A program made the translations under genes and the position numbers. From positions 1,936 to 65,935 of the forward strand of contig CAZNOY010000013.1 of assembly GCA_964574905.1 (NCBI GenBank): DNA of 64,000 nucleotides, written 5' to 3'. Source of the DNA: an uncultured Citromicrobium sp. Lineage in GTDB: Bacteria; Pseudomonadota; Alphaproteobacteria; Sphingomonadales; Sphingomonadaceae. Below the pieces are notes generated by a model. It did not search any database and was not told the origin of the DNA. It saw nothing but the letters and a program-made list of their open reading frames with translations. Shown in pieces: positions 26,535 through 40,503 of this stretch. The number at the start of each line of letters is the position of its first letter. Positions within the stretch are counted from its first letter, which is position 1.

Positions 26535-28478
26535 TCAGGCGGCCTTGGCCGGATTAGGAGCGGCGACAGACACCGACTCCCTACTCGCCTTCGCGGCGTC
26601 GTCGATAGGCATCTCTTCCCCCTCGATACAGGTGCGGTTCCGGCCTTTGGCCTTTGCGGCGTAGAGCCGTCTGTCGGCCAGTCTGATGCATGCGTCCGTC
26701 AGGCCGCCGGTCTCGCCGGGCATGGCGATGCCCGCACTGAAACGAAGCCGGTAACCGGGCGCGAAGTCGAACACCTCGAGCGCAGCCTCGCTACGCACGC
26801 GCTCTATGATCTGCCTTGCTTCCTCTAGCCCGGTGGCAGGCAGCACGACGAGAAACTCCTCACCGCCCCAGCGGCCGACGATGTCGGTCGGGCGCACACT
26901 GCGCTCCACCACCCGTGCGAAATCATTGAGAATCCTGTCGCCCGCGTCGTGACCAAAGCTATCGTTCCACCATTTGAAGTGATCGATATCGAGCAGCGCG
27001 AACGACGCGCGCGGCTGGCTCGTGCCGATGTTACGCAGCGCGTGGTCCATTTTTTCCAGCGTGGCGCGCCGGTTGGCGAGCCCGGTCAGCGGATCGGTCA
27101 TCGCCAGACGGTGGAAACGGCGGCGGTGCCGCAGCAGGAAGAAGATCAGCGTTCCCAGCAGCAAGAGCGTGGTGACCGACCCGACGATGACCGCGATCGC
27201 CAGCCGCAGCCGGGCATCGCTCGCGCGTTCTTCGGCAGACAGACGTTTCTGCAACTCTTCGGTCTGGAACCGTGCCTGCAGCGCGGTCACTCCGCTTCGC
27301 AGCTCTTCCTCGCGCCTGTCCCTATTGGCATCGCTCGCGCGGCGCATGTCGGCATAGGCCTGCGCGTCGCGCCCGAGCATCGCCAGGGCCTTCGCACGTA
27401 TATCGAGTGCCAGGATCCAGTCGTCGTTGGAGGCTTCTCCCTTGCCCTCCGCGATCAGCGGATCGAGCAGCACGACAGCCTCGCCCGGCTTGCCCCGCTC
27501 GGTAAGCAGGGCGGCCATCAGCGCGGTGGCGGGCAAGGCCATGCGTTCGCCTTCGCGACCCAGAGACTTGTAGACGCGCTCGCACTCCTGGCCCGCATCG
27601 CCGATCCTGCCGCTCTCGTAGGCGGCCTGGCACACGCCGAGCAGCGCGTAATCGACCGCATATTCGCCGCCATAGGAGCGCGCCTGCTGGGCCGAGGCGC
27701 GGAAGTCGGCCATCGCGGCCTTGGAATCTCCATCCTCGAGTTCGGTGTAGCCGCGCATCATGAGTTCGTTGGCCGCAAGATCGCTCAGGCCCAATTTCAG
27801 GTAGGTATCGAGCGCTTCGGAGTGCAGCTGCTCCGCATAGCGGAAATCGTGCCCGACCGAGACGAGATAGGCGAGCATCGTGGCCGCCTTCGCATGCGCC
27901 AGCGACTGCCCCTTGCCCACGCTCTCGCGATAGGCCTGCGACGCGTAGGTGAAGGCCTTGCGCTCGTTTTCGAGCAGCGAATAGTGGAACGAGAGGTCCA
28001 CCGCACGGCACGCTTTCGCCGTGCTGCCGTCGGGAAGCGCACGATAATCCCGTTCGATCGAAGCAAGAGCGCGGCTCTTCTGGGCGCTGTCCTCGATCGC
28101 GTGGAGGTCGGCCAGCCGCACCATCAGGTTCGCAGCATCGCCGCGGCCGAAACCGCTCGCCGCGCGGCGCGCGTTGTCGAGGGCAGCGGAGGTGGGCCTT
28201 CCGCTCATCGTCAGCGCGGCCACCTGGGCGAGATAAAGCTCGGCCAGGCGGCGCTTGTCCGCAGGGTCGGTGGCGGCAATCCGGCGCGCGATGAGATCGA
28301 CCGCGCCGGCCGGATCGCGTCCGGTCTCCAGTTCCGCCTGCATGACCACGGGATCGAGACTGCCGACGCACCGCGCCGAAGCCGGCCCTGCGGCGAGCGC
28401 GCAAAACCCGGCGGTCAGGATGGCGGCACCCGCGCGATGCTGCGCCAACACCCTGAATACAGACAGAATTATACTCAC
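26535..28478 (-). CDS. diguanylate cyclase (GGDEF) with periplasmic TPR-like sensor region
   Basis: C-terminal DPLTGLANRR...RWGGEEFLVVLP...YAAKAKGRN. One transmembrane segment and an N-terminal signal or anchor. Confidence 0.88.
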   Translation of the reverse strand: MSIILSVFRVLAQHRAGAAILTAGFCALAAGPASARCVGSLDPVVMQAELETGRDPAGAVDLIARRIAATDPADKRRLAELYLAQVAALTMSGRPTSAALDNARRAASGFGRGDAANLMVRLADLHAIEDSAQKSRALASIERDYRALPDGSTAKACRAVDLSFHYSLLENERKAFTYASQAYRESVGKGQSLAHAKAATMLAYLVSVGHDFRYAEQLHSEALDTYLKLGLSDLAANELMMRGYTELEDGDSKAAMADFRASAQQARSYGGEYAVDYALLGVCQAAYESGRIGDAGQECERVYKSLGREGERMALPATALMAALLTERGKPGEAVVLLDPLIAEGKGEASNDDWILALDIRAKALAMLGRDAQAYADMRRASDANRDRREEELRSGVTALQARFQTEELQKRLSAEERASDARLRLAIAVIVGSVTTLLLLGTLIFFLLRHRRRFHRLAMTDPLTGLANRRATLEKMDHALRNIGTSQPRASFALLDIDHFKWWNDSFGHDAGDRILNDFARVVERSVRPTDIVGRWGGEEFLVVLPATGLEEARQIIERVRSEAALEVFDFAPGYRLRFSAGIAMPGETGGLTDACIRLADRRLYAAKAKGRNRTCIEGEEMPIDDAAKASRESVSVAAPNPAKAA

Positions 28479-28570
28479 ATAGCCGCAGTAGCGACGATGG
28501 GTTGATCAAAGGTTAGTTTTTCCGGCTGAGAAGGGTGCATTCGCCCCCGCCATCTCGCACGGCTCGCGCG

Positions 28571-29521
28571 CTAGCCCGCCCCTGTCAGCTGGACGAAAAC
28601 GTCCTCCAGATCGGGCTCGAGCGTGGAGACATCCTGGATCGCGTAGCCATGGCCCTGCACGATGGTGAGCACCTGGCCCGCAGTCATCTTGTCGCGGTCA
28701 TAGGTTACTTCGAGCGTGCGCGGCGCGGTCACTTCGGCGCGGGTGAAGGCGGGGTCCATCGGCGGCCCGGCGAGATCCTTGTCGACCTCCAGGCGGATGA
28801 TCTTCTCGCGCGCCATGCCGACCAGTTCGCGAGTCGGCTTGTCCGCGATCAGTTCGCCATGGTTGATGATCGCGATCCGGTCGCACAATTGCTCCGCCTC
28901 TTCGAGGTAGTGCGTGGTCAGCACCACGGTGACGCCCTGCTGGTTGAGCTCGGTCACCAGTTCCCACAATTGCCGCCGCAGCTCGACATCGACGCCCGCC
29001 GTCGGCTCGTCGAGCACCAGGATCGGCGGCGAGTGCACCATCGCCTTGGCGATCAGCAGGCGGCGTTTCATCCCGCCTGAAAGGGTGCGCGCGTAGGCAT
29101 CGCGCTTGTCCCACAGGTGAACCGCTTTCAGCAGCTCCTCGCTGCGGCGCTGGCTTGCCGGAATGCCGTAGAAGCCCCCCTGGTTCTCCAGCACCTCGAA
29201 CGGGGTGAAGAACGGGTCGAACACGATTTCCTGCGGCACGATGCCGATTGCGCGCTTGGCGTTGCGCGGGTTCTTCGCGATGTCGAAGCCCCAGATTTCC
29301 GCGCTGCCGCCTGTGCGCGTGACCAACCCGGCAAGGATGTTGATCAGCGTCGACTTGCCCGCGCCATTGGGGCCGAGCAGGCCGAAAATGCCGCCCTGCG
29401 GCACATCGAAGCTGACGCCCTTCAGCGCCAGCTTGCCTTCGCTCTCTCCCTTGCCGGGGGCGTAGCGCTTGGTCAGGTTCTGGATCGAAATCGCCGGACG
29501 GGTGCTCATGACAAACGCCAC
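28571..29521 (-). CDS. ABC transporter ATP-binding protein (ABC-2/NatA-like)
   Basis: Walker A (GPNGAGKST), signature (LSGGMKRR), Walker B (ILVLDEPT). The start may be ATG 29509. No adjacent permease gene. Confidence 0.85.
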   Translation of the reverse strand: MAFVMSTRPAISIQNLTKRYAPGKGESEGKLALKGVSFDVPQGGIFGLLGPNGAGKSTLINILAGLVTRTGGSAEIWGFDIAKNPRNAKRAIGIVPQEIVFDPFFTPFEVLENQGGFYGIPASQRRSEELLKAVHLWDKRDAYARTLSGGMKRRLLIAKAMVHSPPILVLDEPTAGVDVELRRQLWELVTELNQQGVTVVLTTHYLEEAEQLCDRIAIINHGELIADKPTRELVGMAREKIIRLEVDKDLAGPPMDPAFTRAEVTAPRTLEVTYDRDKMTAGQVLTIVQGHGYAIQDVSTLEPDLEDVFVQLTGAG

Positions 29522-29616
29522 TAGTGCCCGGCGAGCCGATTGGCCACTGCTTAGCGATCACCGAAGGCCAACCGCCCTCTTGCCGTTATCCGGGCACGCG
29601 GATATGCGGCAACCCC

Positions 29617-29874
29617 ATGTCCATACCTCCGCCCGAAATCGCCAAGGTCGCCACCCGCCGCGTATGGTGCGACGGCGCGACAGACATTCGCTCGGGCCAG
29701 AACTACAAGCCCGCCGCGCTCGGTCATCCGAAGATATATCTCGAAATCGACGAGCACGGCTACGTCGATTGCGGCTATTGCGACCGGCGCTTCGTGCTGA
29801 TCGGCGGGCCTGCCGACGGGATGGACCAGGGCAGCCTGCCCGATATTTCCGAAGGTGCCGATCCGGGCCACTGA
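29617..29874 (+). CDS. zinc-finger (zf-CHCC, NDUFS6-like) domain protein
   Basis: HPKIYLEIDEHGYVDCGYCDRRFVL. Confidence 0.7.
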   Translation: MSIPPPEIAKVATRRVWCDGATDIRSGQNYKPAALGHPKIYLEIDEHGYVDCGYCDRRFVLIGGPADGMDQGSLPDISEGADPGH

Positions 29875-29958
29875 CCCCGGGCCACTGACCCCCGCGCTGG
29901 GACGTTCGGGCGGGAGCATCCGACTGGATCATGCGTTGTTCAGGCAGGCCGTGCGACA

Positions 29959-30405
29959 ATGCAGGCCGAAAGGATGATGCCCATGAAAACCCCCCGAATC
30001 GCCCTTCCCGCCATGATCGCGCTCGGCGCGCTCGCCCTGACCGCACCCGTCGGCGCCTCGGCCGAGCAGGCCCAGCCGACCCGCGGCGAACAACGCCTCG
30101 CCAAGCTGATCGATGGCCGCATCGCCGGCACGCCGACCGATTGCGTTCCCTCGCGCCCCTCGGCCCGCATGTACGTGATCGACGGGACCGCGCTGGTCTA
30201 CGACACCGGCCGCACGGTTTACGTGAACTACACCAGCGATCCCGATTCGCTCGACGATGACGATCTGCTGGTGGTCCGCGACCCGACGCCGAGCCTGTGC
30301 CGCACGACGCAGATCACGACGCGCGACCGCTCCGGCGACTTCTTCACCGGCGCGATCTTCCTGACCGACTTCATTCCCTACACGCGGGTCAAGGGCACCA
30401 ACTGA
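29959..30405 (+). CDS. secreted hypothetical protein
   Basis: Signal peptide (MKTPRIALPAMIALGALALTAPVGASA). The start may be 29983. Confidence 0.55.
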   Translation: MQAERMMPMKTPRIALPAMIALGALALTAPVGASAEQAQPTRGEQRLAKLIDGRIAGTPTDCVPSRPSARMYVIDGTALVYDTGRTVYVNYTSDPDSLDDDDLLVVRDPTPSLCRTTQITTRDRSGDFFTGAIFLTDFIPYTRVKGTN

Positions 30406-30461
30406 GCGTGACCGAAGCAGGCGCGCGCCGCTCCCCCGGCCCGAGCAGTGGCCACCGCTAG

Positions 30462-31010
30462 ATGGTGGCTGCGACAAGGGCCTGGGCGCGCGACCTGCAC
30501 TATGTCTGGTTCCATCATCTCTCCCCGAGCGACTGGTATCGCGGCGGGGAGCATGTCGACGCGCTGTTGCGTCAGCGGTTCGCAGGCCATTGGCACGCGC
30601 TGCGCGGCCAACCCGCCGCTTCCTTTCTCGACAGCCCGCGCGGTGCGCTGGCCGCGGTGCTGCTGTTCGACCAGGTTCCGCGCAACATCTTCCGCGAAGA
30701 CCCGCGCGCCTTTGCCAGCGATCCACTTGCCCGCGCCATCGCCAAGGAGACTATCGCGCGCGGCTGGCATCGCCTGCTCGACCCGCAAGAGCGGCAGTTT
30801 CTCTACATGCCGCTGATGCACAGCGAATCGATCGCCGACCAGCGGACGAGCCTGCGGCTGTTCGCACAGCTCGGGCGCTCGCTTTCCTTTGCCCGCAGCC
30901 ACTACGCGATGATCGCGCGCTTCGGTCGATTTCCCCATCGCAACGCGGTGCTCGGCCGGACGAGCAGCGCGGCGGAAGCGCGCGCGATCGAGGCGGGGAA
31001 CGCGTGGTAG
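30462..31010 (+). CDS. DUF924 family protein
   Basis: VLLFDQVPRNIFR and FLYMPLMHSES motifs. Confidence 0.75.
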   Translation: MVAATRAWARDLHYVWFHHLSPSDWYRGGEHVDALLRQRFAGHWHALRGQPAASFLDSPRGALAAVLLFDQVPRNIFREDPRAFASDPLARAIAKETIARGWHRLLDPQERQFLYMPLMHSESIADQRTSLRLFAQLGRSLSFARSHYAMIARFGRFPHRNAVLGRTSSAAEARAIEAGNAW

Positions 31011-31023
31011 CGCGCGCGGTGCA

Positions 31024-31737
31024 CTAGGCGTCCTGAAGCTTGGCCCGCCCCGTGTCGCACAGCGCCTGGGCGGGACACGGCGCGCAGTCGGTGCTGCTCG
31101 GGCGGCAGTAATTGCGGCCCACTTCCTTCATCAGCAGGTGATGCTCGTCATAATCCGCCGCGCTCCATTCGGGCGGCAGCAGCGGCGTGATCGCGGCAAA
31201 GGCGCGCGCGGTATCGGCCCTGGGCGGGACCAGCCCCATGCGCTGGAGCACGCGGCGGTGATGCGAATCGAGCACCATCGCCTTGCGGTCGAGCGTCGAG
31301 GCATTGACCACCCCCGCCGCGACCTTGCGTCCGACGCCGGGCAGCGTTTCGAGCCACGCCATCGCCGCGTCCGTTTCCATCGGTTCGAGATGTGTCAGAT
31401 CGACCGCGCCGCGCCGCGCGACCAGATCGGCAAGGCAGGCTTTGAGCCGCTCGGCTGCGACATTGGGATAGGTCTGCCTCGTCAGATCGGCTTGCAGATC
31501 TTCGAGCGAAGCCCCGGCCACCGCCTCCCAGCTGCCGTGCTTCGCCAGCAGCCGGTCGGTCGCTTCGTTGGAAACCTCCGAGCGCGTCCGCGCCCCGATC
31601 ACCCCCTGCACCAGCACCCACTCGGGCGCGCGACGTTCGCGCGGGGCCCGCTCGATCCGCCCGAACCGCTGGATCAGCAACGGCTGGAGCCGCCGGAGCG
31701 TCTCGGTGCGCGGATCGGGGCCGAGGGGCAGCTGCAT
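31024..31737 (-). CDS. endonuclease III-like HhH-GPD base-excision repair protein with a 4Fe-4S cluster
   Basis: HhH (LPGVGRKVAAGV) and a C-terminal CX7CX2CX5C motif (CRPSSTDCAPCPAQALC). Confidence 0.75.
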   Translation of the reverse strand: MQLPLGPDPRTETLRRLQPLLIQRFGRIERAPRERRAPEWVLVQGVIGARTRSEVSNEATDRLLAKHGSWEAVAGASLEDLQADLTRQTYPNVAAERLKACLADLVARRGAVDLTHLEPMETDAAMAWLETLPGVGRKVAAGVVNASTLDRKAMVLDSHHRRVLQRMGLVPPRADTARAFAAITPLLPPEWSAADYDEHHLLMKEVGRNYCRPSSTDCAPCPAQALCDTGRAKLQDA

Positions 31738-31793
31738 CGCCCCGGCATAGGCTGGCTATTGCGAAGGCGGCAAGCACCCTCGCCTGCGATCTG

Positions 31794-31997
31794 TCAGCTG
31801 CCCAGGCCGGTCTTGGCGACGATCTTTCGGCCGATGAACCATGAGATCGGGATCGCGAGGACGAAGCCCGCCGCCGACGCCACAGCGATCGGCTGCCATC
31901 CGGCCTGCATGTCCATCGAAAGGACCGCAATCACCGCCATTCCCATGAGAGAGGTCGCCACGATCGGCAACAGGATGAGCGTTATTCGAAACATCAA
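31794..31997 (-). CDS. small membrane protein (67 aa)
   Basis: Two hydrophobic helices. No family recognised. Confidence 0.45.
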   Translation of the reverse strand: MMFRITLILLPIVATSLMGMAVIAVLSMDMQAGWQPIAVASAAGFVLAIPISWFIGRKIVAKTGLGS

Positions 31998-32145
31998 TCG
32001 GCTCCCGCATTGATGGCCATGATGCCTCAGTGCAGCGGTTGGGCCGCAAAATCATTGATGCCGATCAAACTCGGGCGAGCGAGTTGGTGCGCACTTGAAG
32101 GATGTGGGGAGCGTTGGGTGAGGCGGTTTCGGAAACCGCCCCAGT

Positions 32146-33720
32146 CTATTCCCACTCGATCGTGCCGGGCGGCTTGCTCGTATAGTCGTACACCACGCGG
32201 TTGATCCCGCGTACCTCGTTGACGATGCGGGTCGCCACGCGGCTGAGGAAGGCGGAATCAAACGGATAGACGTCCGCGGTCATCCCGTCGGTGCTGGTCA
32301 CGGCGCGCAGGCCGCACACGCTGTCGTAGGTGCGCCCGTCGCCCATCACGCCGACTGTCTTGACCGGCAGCAGCACCGCAAAGGCCTGCCAGATCGCGTC
32401 GTAGAGACCCGCATTGCGGATTTCTTCGAGATAGATCGCGTCAGCCTTGCGCAGGATGTCGCAGCGTTCCTTGGTGACTTCGCCCGGAATGCGGATCGCG
32501 AGGCCGGGGCCGGGGAACGGATGGCGACCGACGAACATGTCGGGCAGACCCAGTTCGCGGCCCAGATCGCGCACTTCGTCCTTGAACAGTTCGCGCAAGG
32601 GTTCGACCAGCCTCATGTTCATGCGTTCGGGCAGGCCGCCGACATTGTGGTGGCTCTTGATCGTCACCGACGGCCCGCCGGTGAAAGAAACGCTCTCGAT
32701 CACATCGGGATAGAGCGTGCCTTGCGCGAGGAAATCCGCCCCGCCGATCTTGTTCGCCTCTTCCTCGAACACGTCGATGAAGGTCTTGCCGATGAACTTG
32801 CGCTTTTTCTCGGGGTCGGTCTCGCCCGCGAGGCCCGCCATGAAGCGGTCCTCGGCGTCCACCACCACCAGCGGAATGTTGTAGTGATCGCGGAACATCG
32901 TCTCGACCTGTTCGCGCTCGTTCAGGCGAAGCAGGCCGTGGTCGACGAAGACGCAGGTCAGCTGTTCGCCGATCGCTTCGTGGATCAGGATCGCGGCGAC
33001 CGAGGAATCGACCCCGCCGCTCAGCCCGCAGATCACCTTGGCGTCGCCCACCTGCTCGCGGATCTCGGCGATCTTGGTCGCGCGGTATTCGGCCATGGTC
33101 CAGTCGCCCGAGAGGCCGCAGACATGGCGCGCGAAATTGGCGAGCAGCTTGGCACCATCGGGGGTGTGGAACACCTCGGGGTGGAACTGCGTGCCGTAAT
33201 AGCGGCGCTCGTCATCGGCGATCAGCGCAAACGGAGCGCCATCGCTGGTGGCGACGATGCGGAATCCTTCGGCGAACCTGGTCACCTTGTCGCCGTGGCT
33301 CATCCACACCTGATGCCGCTCGCCGACTTCCCACAGGCCTTCGAACAGCACGCAGGGCTCGGTCACGGTCAGGAAGGCGCGGCCGAATTCGCCGCCCTCG
33401 CCCGTCTCGTGCCCCGGCTTCACCTCGCCGCCCAGCTGCGTGGTCATCACCTGCTGGCCGTAACAGATGCCGAGGATCGGCAGGCCGCTGTCGAACAGCG
33501 CCTGCGGGGCGCGCGGGGAGCCTTCATCGCATACGCTGGCGGGCGATCCGGAGAGGATGATGCCCTTGGGCTTCATCCGCTCGAAGGTTTCCTCGGCCTG
33601 GCTGAAGGGTGCGATCTCGGAATAGACGCCCGCCTCGCGCACGCGGCGCGCGATCAGTTGGGTCACCTGGCTGCCGAAATCGACGATGAGGATGGAATCG
33701 GGAATGTGGTCTGGCTGCAT
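32146..33720 (-). CDS. guaA: glutamine-hydrolysing GMP synthase
   Basis: [31 protein letters not shown], and the ...GTIEWE C-terminus. Start is the internal ATG 33720. Confidence 0.95.
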   Translation of the reverse strand: MQPDHIPDSILIVDFGSQVTQLIARRVREAGVYSEIAPFSQAEETFERMKPKGIILSGSPASVCDEGSPRAPQALFDSGLPILGICYGQQVMTTQLGGEVKPGHETGEGGEFGRAFLTVTEPCVLFEGLWEVGERHQVWMSHGDKVTRFAEGFRIVATSDGAPFALIADDERRYYGTQFHPEVFHTPDGAKLLANFARHVCGLSGDWTMAEYRATKIAEIREQVGDAKVICGLSGGVDSSVAAILIHEAIGEQLTCVFVDHGLLRLNEREQVETMFRDHYNIPLVVVDAEDRFMAGLAGETDPEKKRKFIGKTFIDVFEEEANKIGGADFLAQGTLYPDVIESVSFTGGPSVTIKSHHNVGGLPERMNMRLVEPLRELFKDEVRDLGRELGLPDMFVGRHPFPGPGLAIRIPGEVTKERCDILRKADAIYLEEIRNAGLYDAIWQAFAVLLPVKTVGVMGDGRTYDSVCGLRAVTSTDGMTADVYPFDSAFLSRVATRIVNEVRGINRVVYDYTSKPPGTIEWE

Positions 33721-33783
33721 GGCCGCGCGGTAAGTGCTGCCCTCCAGCCTGTCCAGCGTCCGCCGCCACGGTTGCACTGACCT

Positions 33784-34626
33784 GTGAGAAGCCTATCCCT
33801 TGCGCGACAACAGGAGGCACCGATCACCAGCCACAAATATTCCGATTTCATCCCGGCGCGCCACGCCATCCGGTTCCCCAAGGAGCCGAGCCACGACCTC
33901 GGCCAGAACGAGGCGTTTTTCTTCCTCACCGAAGACGGCGAGACGAAGCGCATCAAGTTCCACGATTACGACGCGATCTACGACCGGCCCGGTCTGTACG
34001 AACAGCTATTCTACGAGCGGCTGCGCTGCCAGTCGCCCGAGGTGGTCGTCTCCCGCCTCAGGGGAGCGGTGGAACACGCGGGCGAATCGATCCAGACGCA
34101 GCGCGTGCTCGATCTGGGAGCGGGCAACGGGATCGTGGCGCAGGAATTCGACAAGGTCGGAGTCTCCCGAGTCGTGGGGCTCGACATCATTCCCGAGGCG
34201 CGCGCGGCCGCCTTCCGCGACCGCCCTGGCGCGTATGACGACTATCTCGTCGCCGACATGACATCGTTGAGCGCGGAGCAACACACGACGCTCGCCGACT
34301 GGCAGCTGACGGCGGTGACCTGCGTCGCCGCGCTCGGCTTCGACGACATTCCCGCGCCCGCTTTCGTCGCAGCGATGGAGGCGATTGCGGAGGATGGCTG
34401 GATCGCCTTCAACATCAAAACCGATTTCCTGCGCGGCGGATCGGGCGCAGATTTCGCTGATTTCGTTAAGCTTTTGCTGGCCGAAGACCTGATCGAGCTG
34501 CACCATATCGAACGCTACCGGCACCGCCTTTCGATCGATGGCGACTGGCTCGAGTATTTCGTAATCGTCGGGCGCAAGCGCGGTCCGCTGCCCGCCTATG
34601 CACGCGAGCAGTTCGCCGCAGGCTGA
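33784..34626 (+). CDS. class I SAM-dependent methyltransferase
   Basis: Motif I ([15 protein letters not shown]). The start codon is uncertain (GTG at 33784). Confidence 0.65.
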   Translation: MRSLSLARQQEAPITSHKYSDFIPARHAIRFPKEPSHDLGQNEAFFFLTEDGETKRIKFHDYDAIYDRPGLYEQLFYERLRCQSPEVVVSRLRGAVEHAGESIQTQRVLDLGAGNGIVAQEFDKVGVSRVVGLDIIPEARAAAFRDRPGAYDDYLVADMTSLSAEQHTTLADWQLTAVTCVAALGFDDIPAPAFVAAMEAIAEDGWIAFNIKTDFLRGGSGADFADFVKLLLAEDLIELHHIERYRHRLSIDGDWLEYFVIVGRKRGPLPAYAREQFAAG

Positions 34627-34817
34627 GGTTTTCGACCTGTTGCATAAAACTGAACAGACCTGCGGGTTTTCTCACTTTCATAAAGGGGAGGGCAAGATTA
34701 TTTCGCCTCTCGAGCCGGCGGCGGGTCGTCCTCTCCCCCCCCCTGACCCGCCCCCGGCCTTCCACCCGATGGCAGCCACGGCGACGCAAAAGCGCACCGT
34801 TGACTGTCTGGAAAACG

Positions 34818-34852
34818 GCCCACTCGCCCCCCCTCCGGCGAGTGGGCTTTTT
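34818..34852 (+). terminator. strong intrinsic terminator, 192 nt downstream of the nearest upstream stop codon
   Basis: 11-bp perfect stem GCCCACTCGCC/GGCGAGTGGGC, 8-nt loop, then TTTTT. Confidence 0.8.
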
Positions 34853-34930
34853 CGTATCTGGCGTTCCTTCTCGACCCGCCGCCCCGCGCTTGGCATATGC
34901 TCGCGTGCAAGAGGCTGGAGAGGACCGAGG

Positions 34931-35701
34931 ATGCGCAAGAGGGTTTTGGGCGGAGTAGCCGCCACCGCGATGATGCTGGCTGCGCCGACGCAGGCACAGG
35001 ACGAAGCGCCTGTAATGCTCGCGATCTTCGCCCATCCCGATGACGAACTGGTCGTCTCCGCCGCGCTGGCCGATGCCGCGGCGGACGGCGTGCAGGTGAC
35101 GGTGATCTACGCCACCAGCGGCGATGCAGGGCCAGGCGTATCCGAATTCGAGAAGGGCCCCGCGCTGGCCGCCGCCCGCGAGGCGGAGGCGCGCTGTTCC
35201 TCACGCGCGCTCGGACTCCATGAACCACTGTTCCTCGGTTATGGCGACGGCACGCTGTGGGAACAGGCGCAGTCGAAGGAAGGCGCGGCAAGCCCGCTGG
35301 AGGCGAAGCTGAACGCGCTCATCGAATCCTATCATCCCGCCTCGATCATCACCTGGGGGCCCGATGGCGGCTATGGCCACGCCGACCATCGCATGGTCAG
35401 CGCGCTGGTGACCGAGATCGTCCAGCGGATCGATCACGATGCATCCGCGCCGCTGCTGCTGTTTCCCGCGATCGCAAACGGCACGCTTCCCCCGGTGCCC
35501 GAGCTGCAACGCTGGGCCACCACCGATCCCAAGCTCATCGATGCGCGCGCCGAGTACGACGATGCGGAGCTGGCTCGCGCCGCCGAAGCGGCGAAGTGCC
35601 ACGCGACCCAGTTCGATGAGGCGACCCGCGCAGCGATGGTGCCGCTGTTCGACCAGTCGATCTGGGGCGGCGCGGTCAAATTCCGCCGCGCATTTCCCTA
35701 G
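34931..35701 (+). CDS. PIG-L/LmbE family deacetylase with signal peptide
   Basis: MLAIFAHPDDE and HADH motifs. Signal peptide (MRKRVLGGVAATAMMLAAPTQAQ) from the internal ATG 34931. Confidence 0.8.
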   Translation: MRKRVLGGVAATAMMLAAPTQAQDEAPVMLAIFAHPDDELVVSAALADAAADGVQVTVIYATSGDAGPGVSEFEKGPALAAAREAEARCSSRALGLHEPLFLGYGDGTLWEQAQSKEGAASPLEAKLNALIESYHPASIITWGPDGGYGHADHRMVSALVTEIVQRIDHDASAPLLLFPAIANGTLPPVPELQRWATTDPKLIDARAEYDDAELARAAEAAKCHATQFDEATRAAMVPLFDQSIWGGAVKFRRAFP

Positions 35702-35722
35702 GCCCCGTTCAGCCTTCAACGA

Positions 35723-37108
35723 TCAGCATTCGACGACGTTGACCGCCAGCCCGCCTTGGCTGGTTTCCTTGTACTTGCTCGACATGTCGAGCCCGGTCTG
35801 GCGCATCGTTTCGATCACCTGATCGAGGCTGACGCGACTTTCCGCGCCGGTGCGATGGAGCGCGAGGCGCGCGGCGTTGACCGCCTTGACCGCGCCGATG
35901 GCGTTGCGTTCGATGCACGGCACCTGCACCAGCCCGCCGACCGGATCGCAGGTGAGCCCGAGATTGTGCTCCATCCCGATTTCCGCCGCGCAGGCGACCT
36001 GCACCGGGCTCGCGCCCCAAAGCGCGGCAAGACCCCCGGCAGCCATCGAACAGGCGACGCCGACCTCGCCCTGGCAACCCATTTCAGCACCCGAAATGCT
36101 TGCGCGCTGCTTGTAGAGAAGGCCGATCGCGCCCGCCGTCAGCAGGAATAGCCGCCGCCTCTCGATGCAGTCATTGTCGTCCGCGGTCTTGCAATAGAAG
36201 CGGATCACCGCCGGGATGATCCCCGCCGCGCCGTTGGTGGGCGCGGTGACCACGCGGCCGCCCGCCGCGTTCTCCTCGTTCACCGCCATCGCGTAACAAT
36301 TGAGCCAGTCGAACAGCTGTTCGCGCTCGTTCGATTGCGGATTGGCGGAGAGTTTGTCCCACAAATCCGGCGCGCGGCGCTGCACCTTGAGCCCGCCGGG
36401 CAGAACGCCGCGCTGGGTCAGGCCGCGGTCGATGCACTGGTCCATCGCGGCAGCGATCCGGTCGAGCCCGGCGATCGTCTCCTCGCGCGGGCGCATCGCG
36501 TCTTCGTTGGCGAGGATCAGGTCGGAAACGGTCAGGCCCTGCGCCGCGCACAGCGCGAGCAGTTCCTCTGCCGATCCGAACGGGTGCGGCACGCTGGGCC
36601 CCGTGTTGACGCGGTCGTCCTTCGGCTTGTCGCGCAACTGCTTTTCGGAAGCGACGAACCCGCCGCCGGTGGAGAAATAGGTCCGCTCGAGCAGCACCTC
36701 GCCGCCTTCGTCAAAAGCGCGCAGCACCATGCCGTTGGGGTGCAGATCGGGAATGACGTTCCCGGCCAGGTCGATATCGCCCTGCGGATCGAACGCGATG
36801 GCGCGCCGACCACCCAGCATCAGCCGGTGCGTTTCGCGAATGCTGGCGAGCGCTGCTGCGGCCTCGTCGGGATCTGTGCGGTCGGGGCGAAAACCGGCCA
36901 GACCCAGGATACTCGCGTCGAGCGTTCCGTGCCCCACCCCGGTCAGCGCAAGCGAGCCCTGCAACTCGATGGCCACCCGCGCAACGCGGTCGATCAAGTC
37001 AGCTTTGTCGAGCGCGCGCACGAAGCGCCTTGAAATGCGCATCGGCCCGACGGTGTGCGAGGATGACGGGCCGATCCCAATGCGGAAAATGTCGAGGATT
37101 GAAAGCAT
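35723..37108 (-). CDS. sdaA: L-serine ammonia-lyase, iron-sulfur dependent, single chain
   Basis: [23 protein letters not shown] and the full alpha and beta regions. Confidence 0.92.
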   Translation of the reverse strand: MLSILDIFRIGIGPSSSHTVGPMRISRRFVRALDKADLIDRVARVAIELQGSLALTGVGHGTLDASILGLAGFRPDRTDPDEAAAALASIRETHRLMLGGRRAIAFDPQGDIDLAGNVIPDLHPNGMVLRAFDEGGEVLLERTYFSTGGGFVASEKQLRDKPKDDRVNTGPSVPHPFGSAEELLALCAAQGLTVSDLILANEDAMRPREETIAGLDRIAAAMDQCIDRGLTQRGVLPGGLKVQRRAPDLWDKLSANPQSNEREQLFDWLNCYAMAVNEENAAGGRVVTAPTNGAAGIIPAVIRFYCKTADDNDCIERRRLFLLTAGAIGLLYKQRASISGAEMGCQGEVGVACSMAAGGLAALWGASPVQVACAAEIGMEHNLGLTCDPVGGLVQVPCIERNAIGAVKAVNAARLALHRTGAESRVSLDQVIETMRQTGLDMSSKYKETSQGGLAVNVVEC

Positions 37109-37149
37109 TGCCGCGCGCGATGGGCCATGCATTCCGCAACGTCAATCGC

Positions 37150-40497
<3,348 letters not shown>

Positions 40498-40503
40498 TCG
40501 GGG

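Noticed and set aside
34891-34906. Sigma-54-like TGGCAT-N-GC element before the PIG-L gene.
   Set aside because: The GG-to-GC spacing and the -12 region do not fit TGGCAC-N5-TTGC. They are off by one, and there is no TTGC.
34767-34930. In-frame upstream ATG that would extend the PIG-L deacetylase by 55 aa.
   Set aside because: The extension would place the strong terminator hairpin inside the CDS. It would also bury the obvious signal peptide that starts at 34931.
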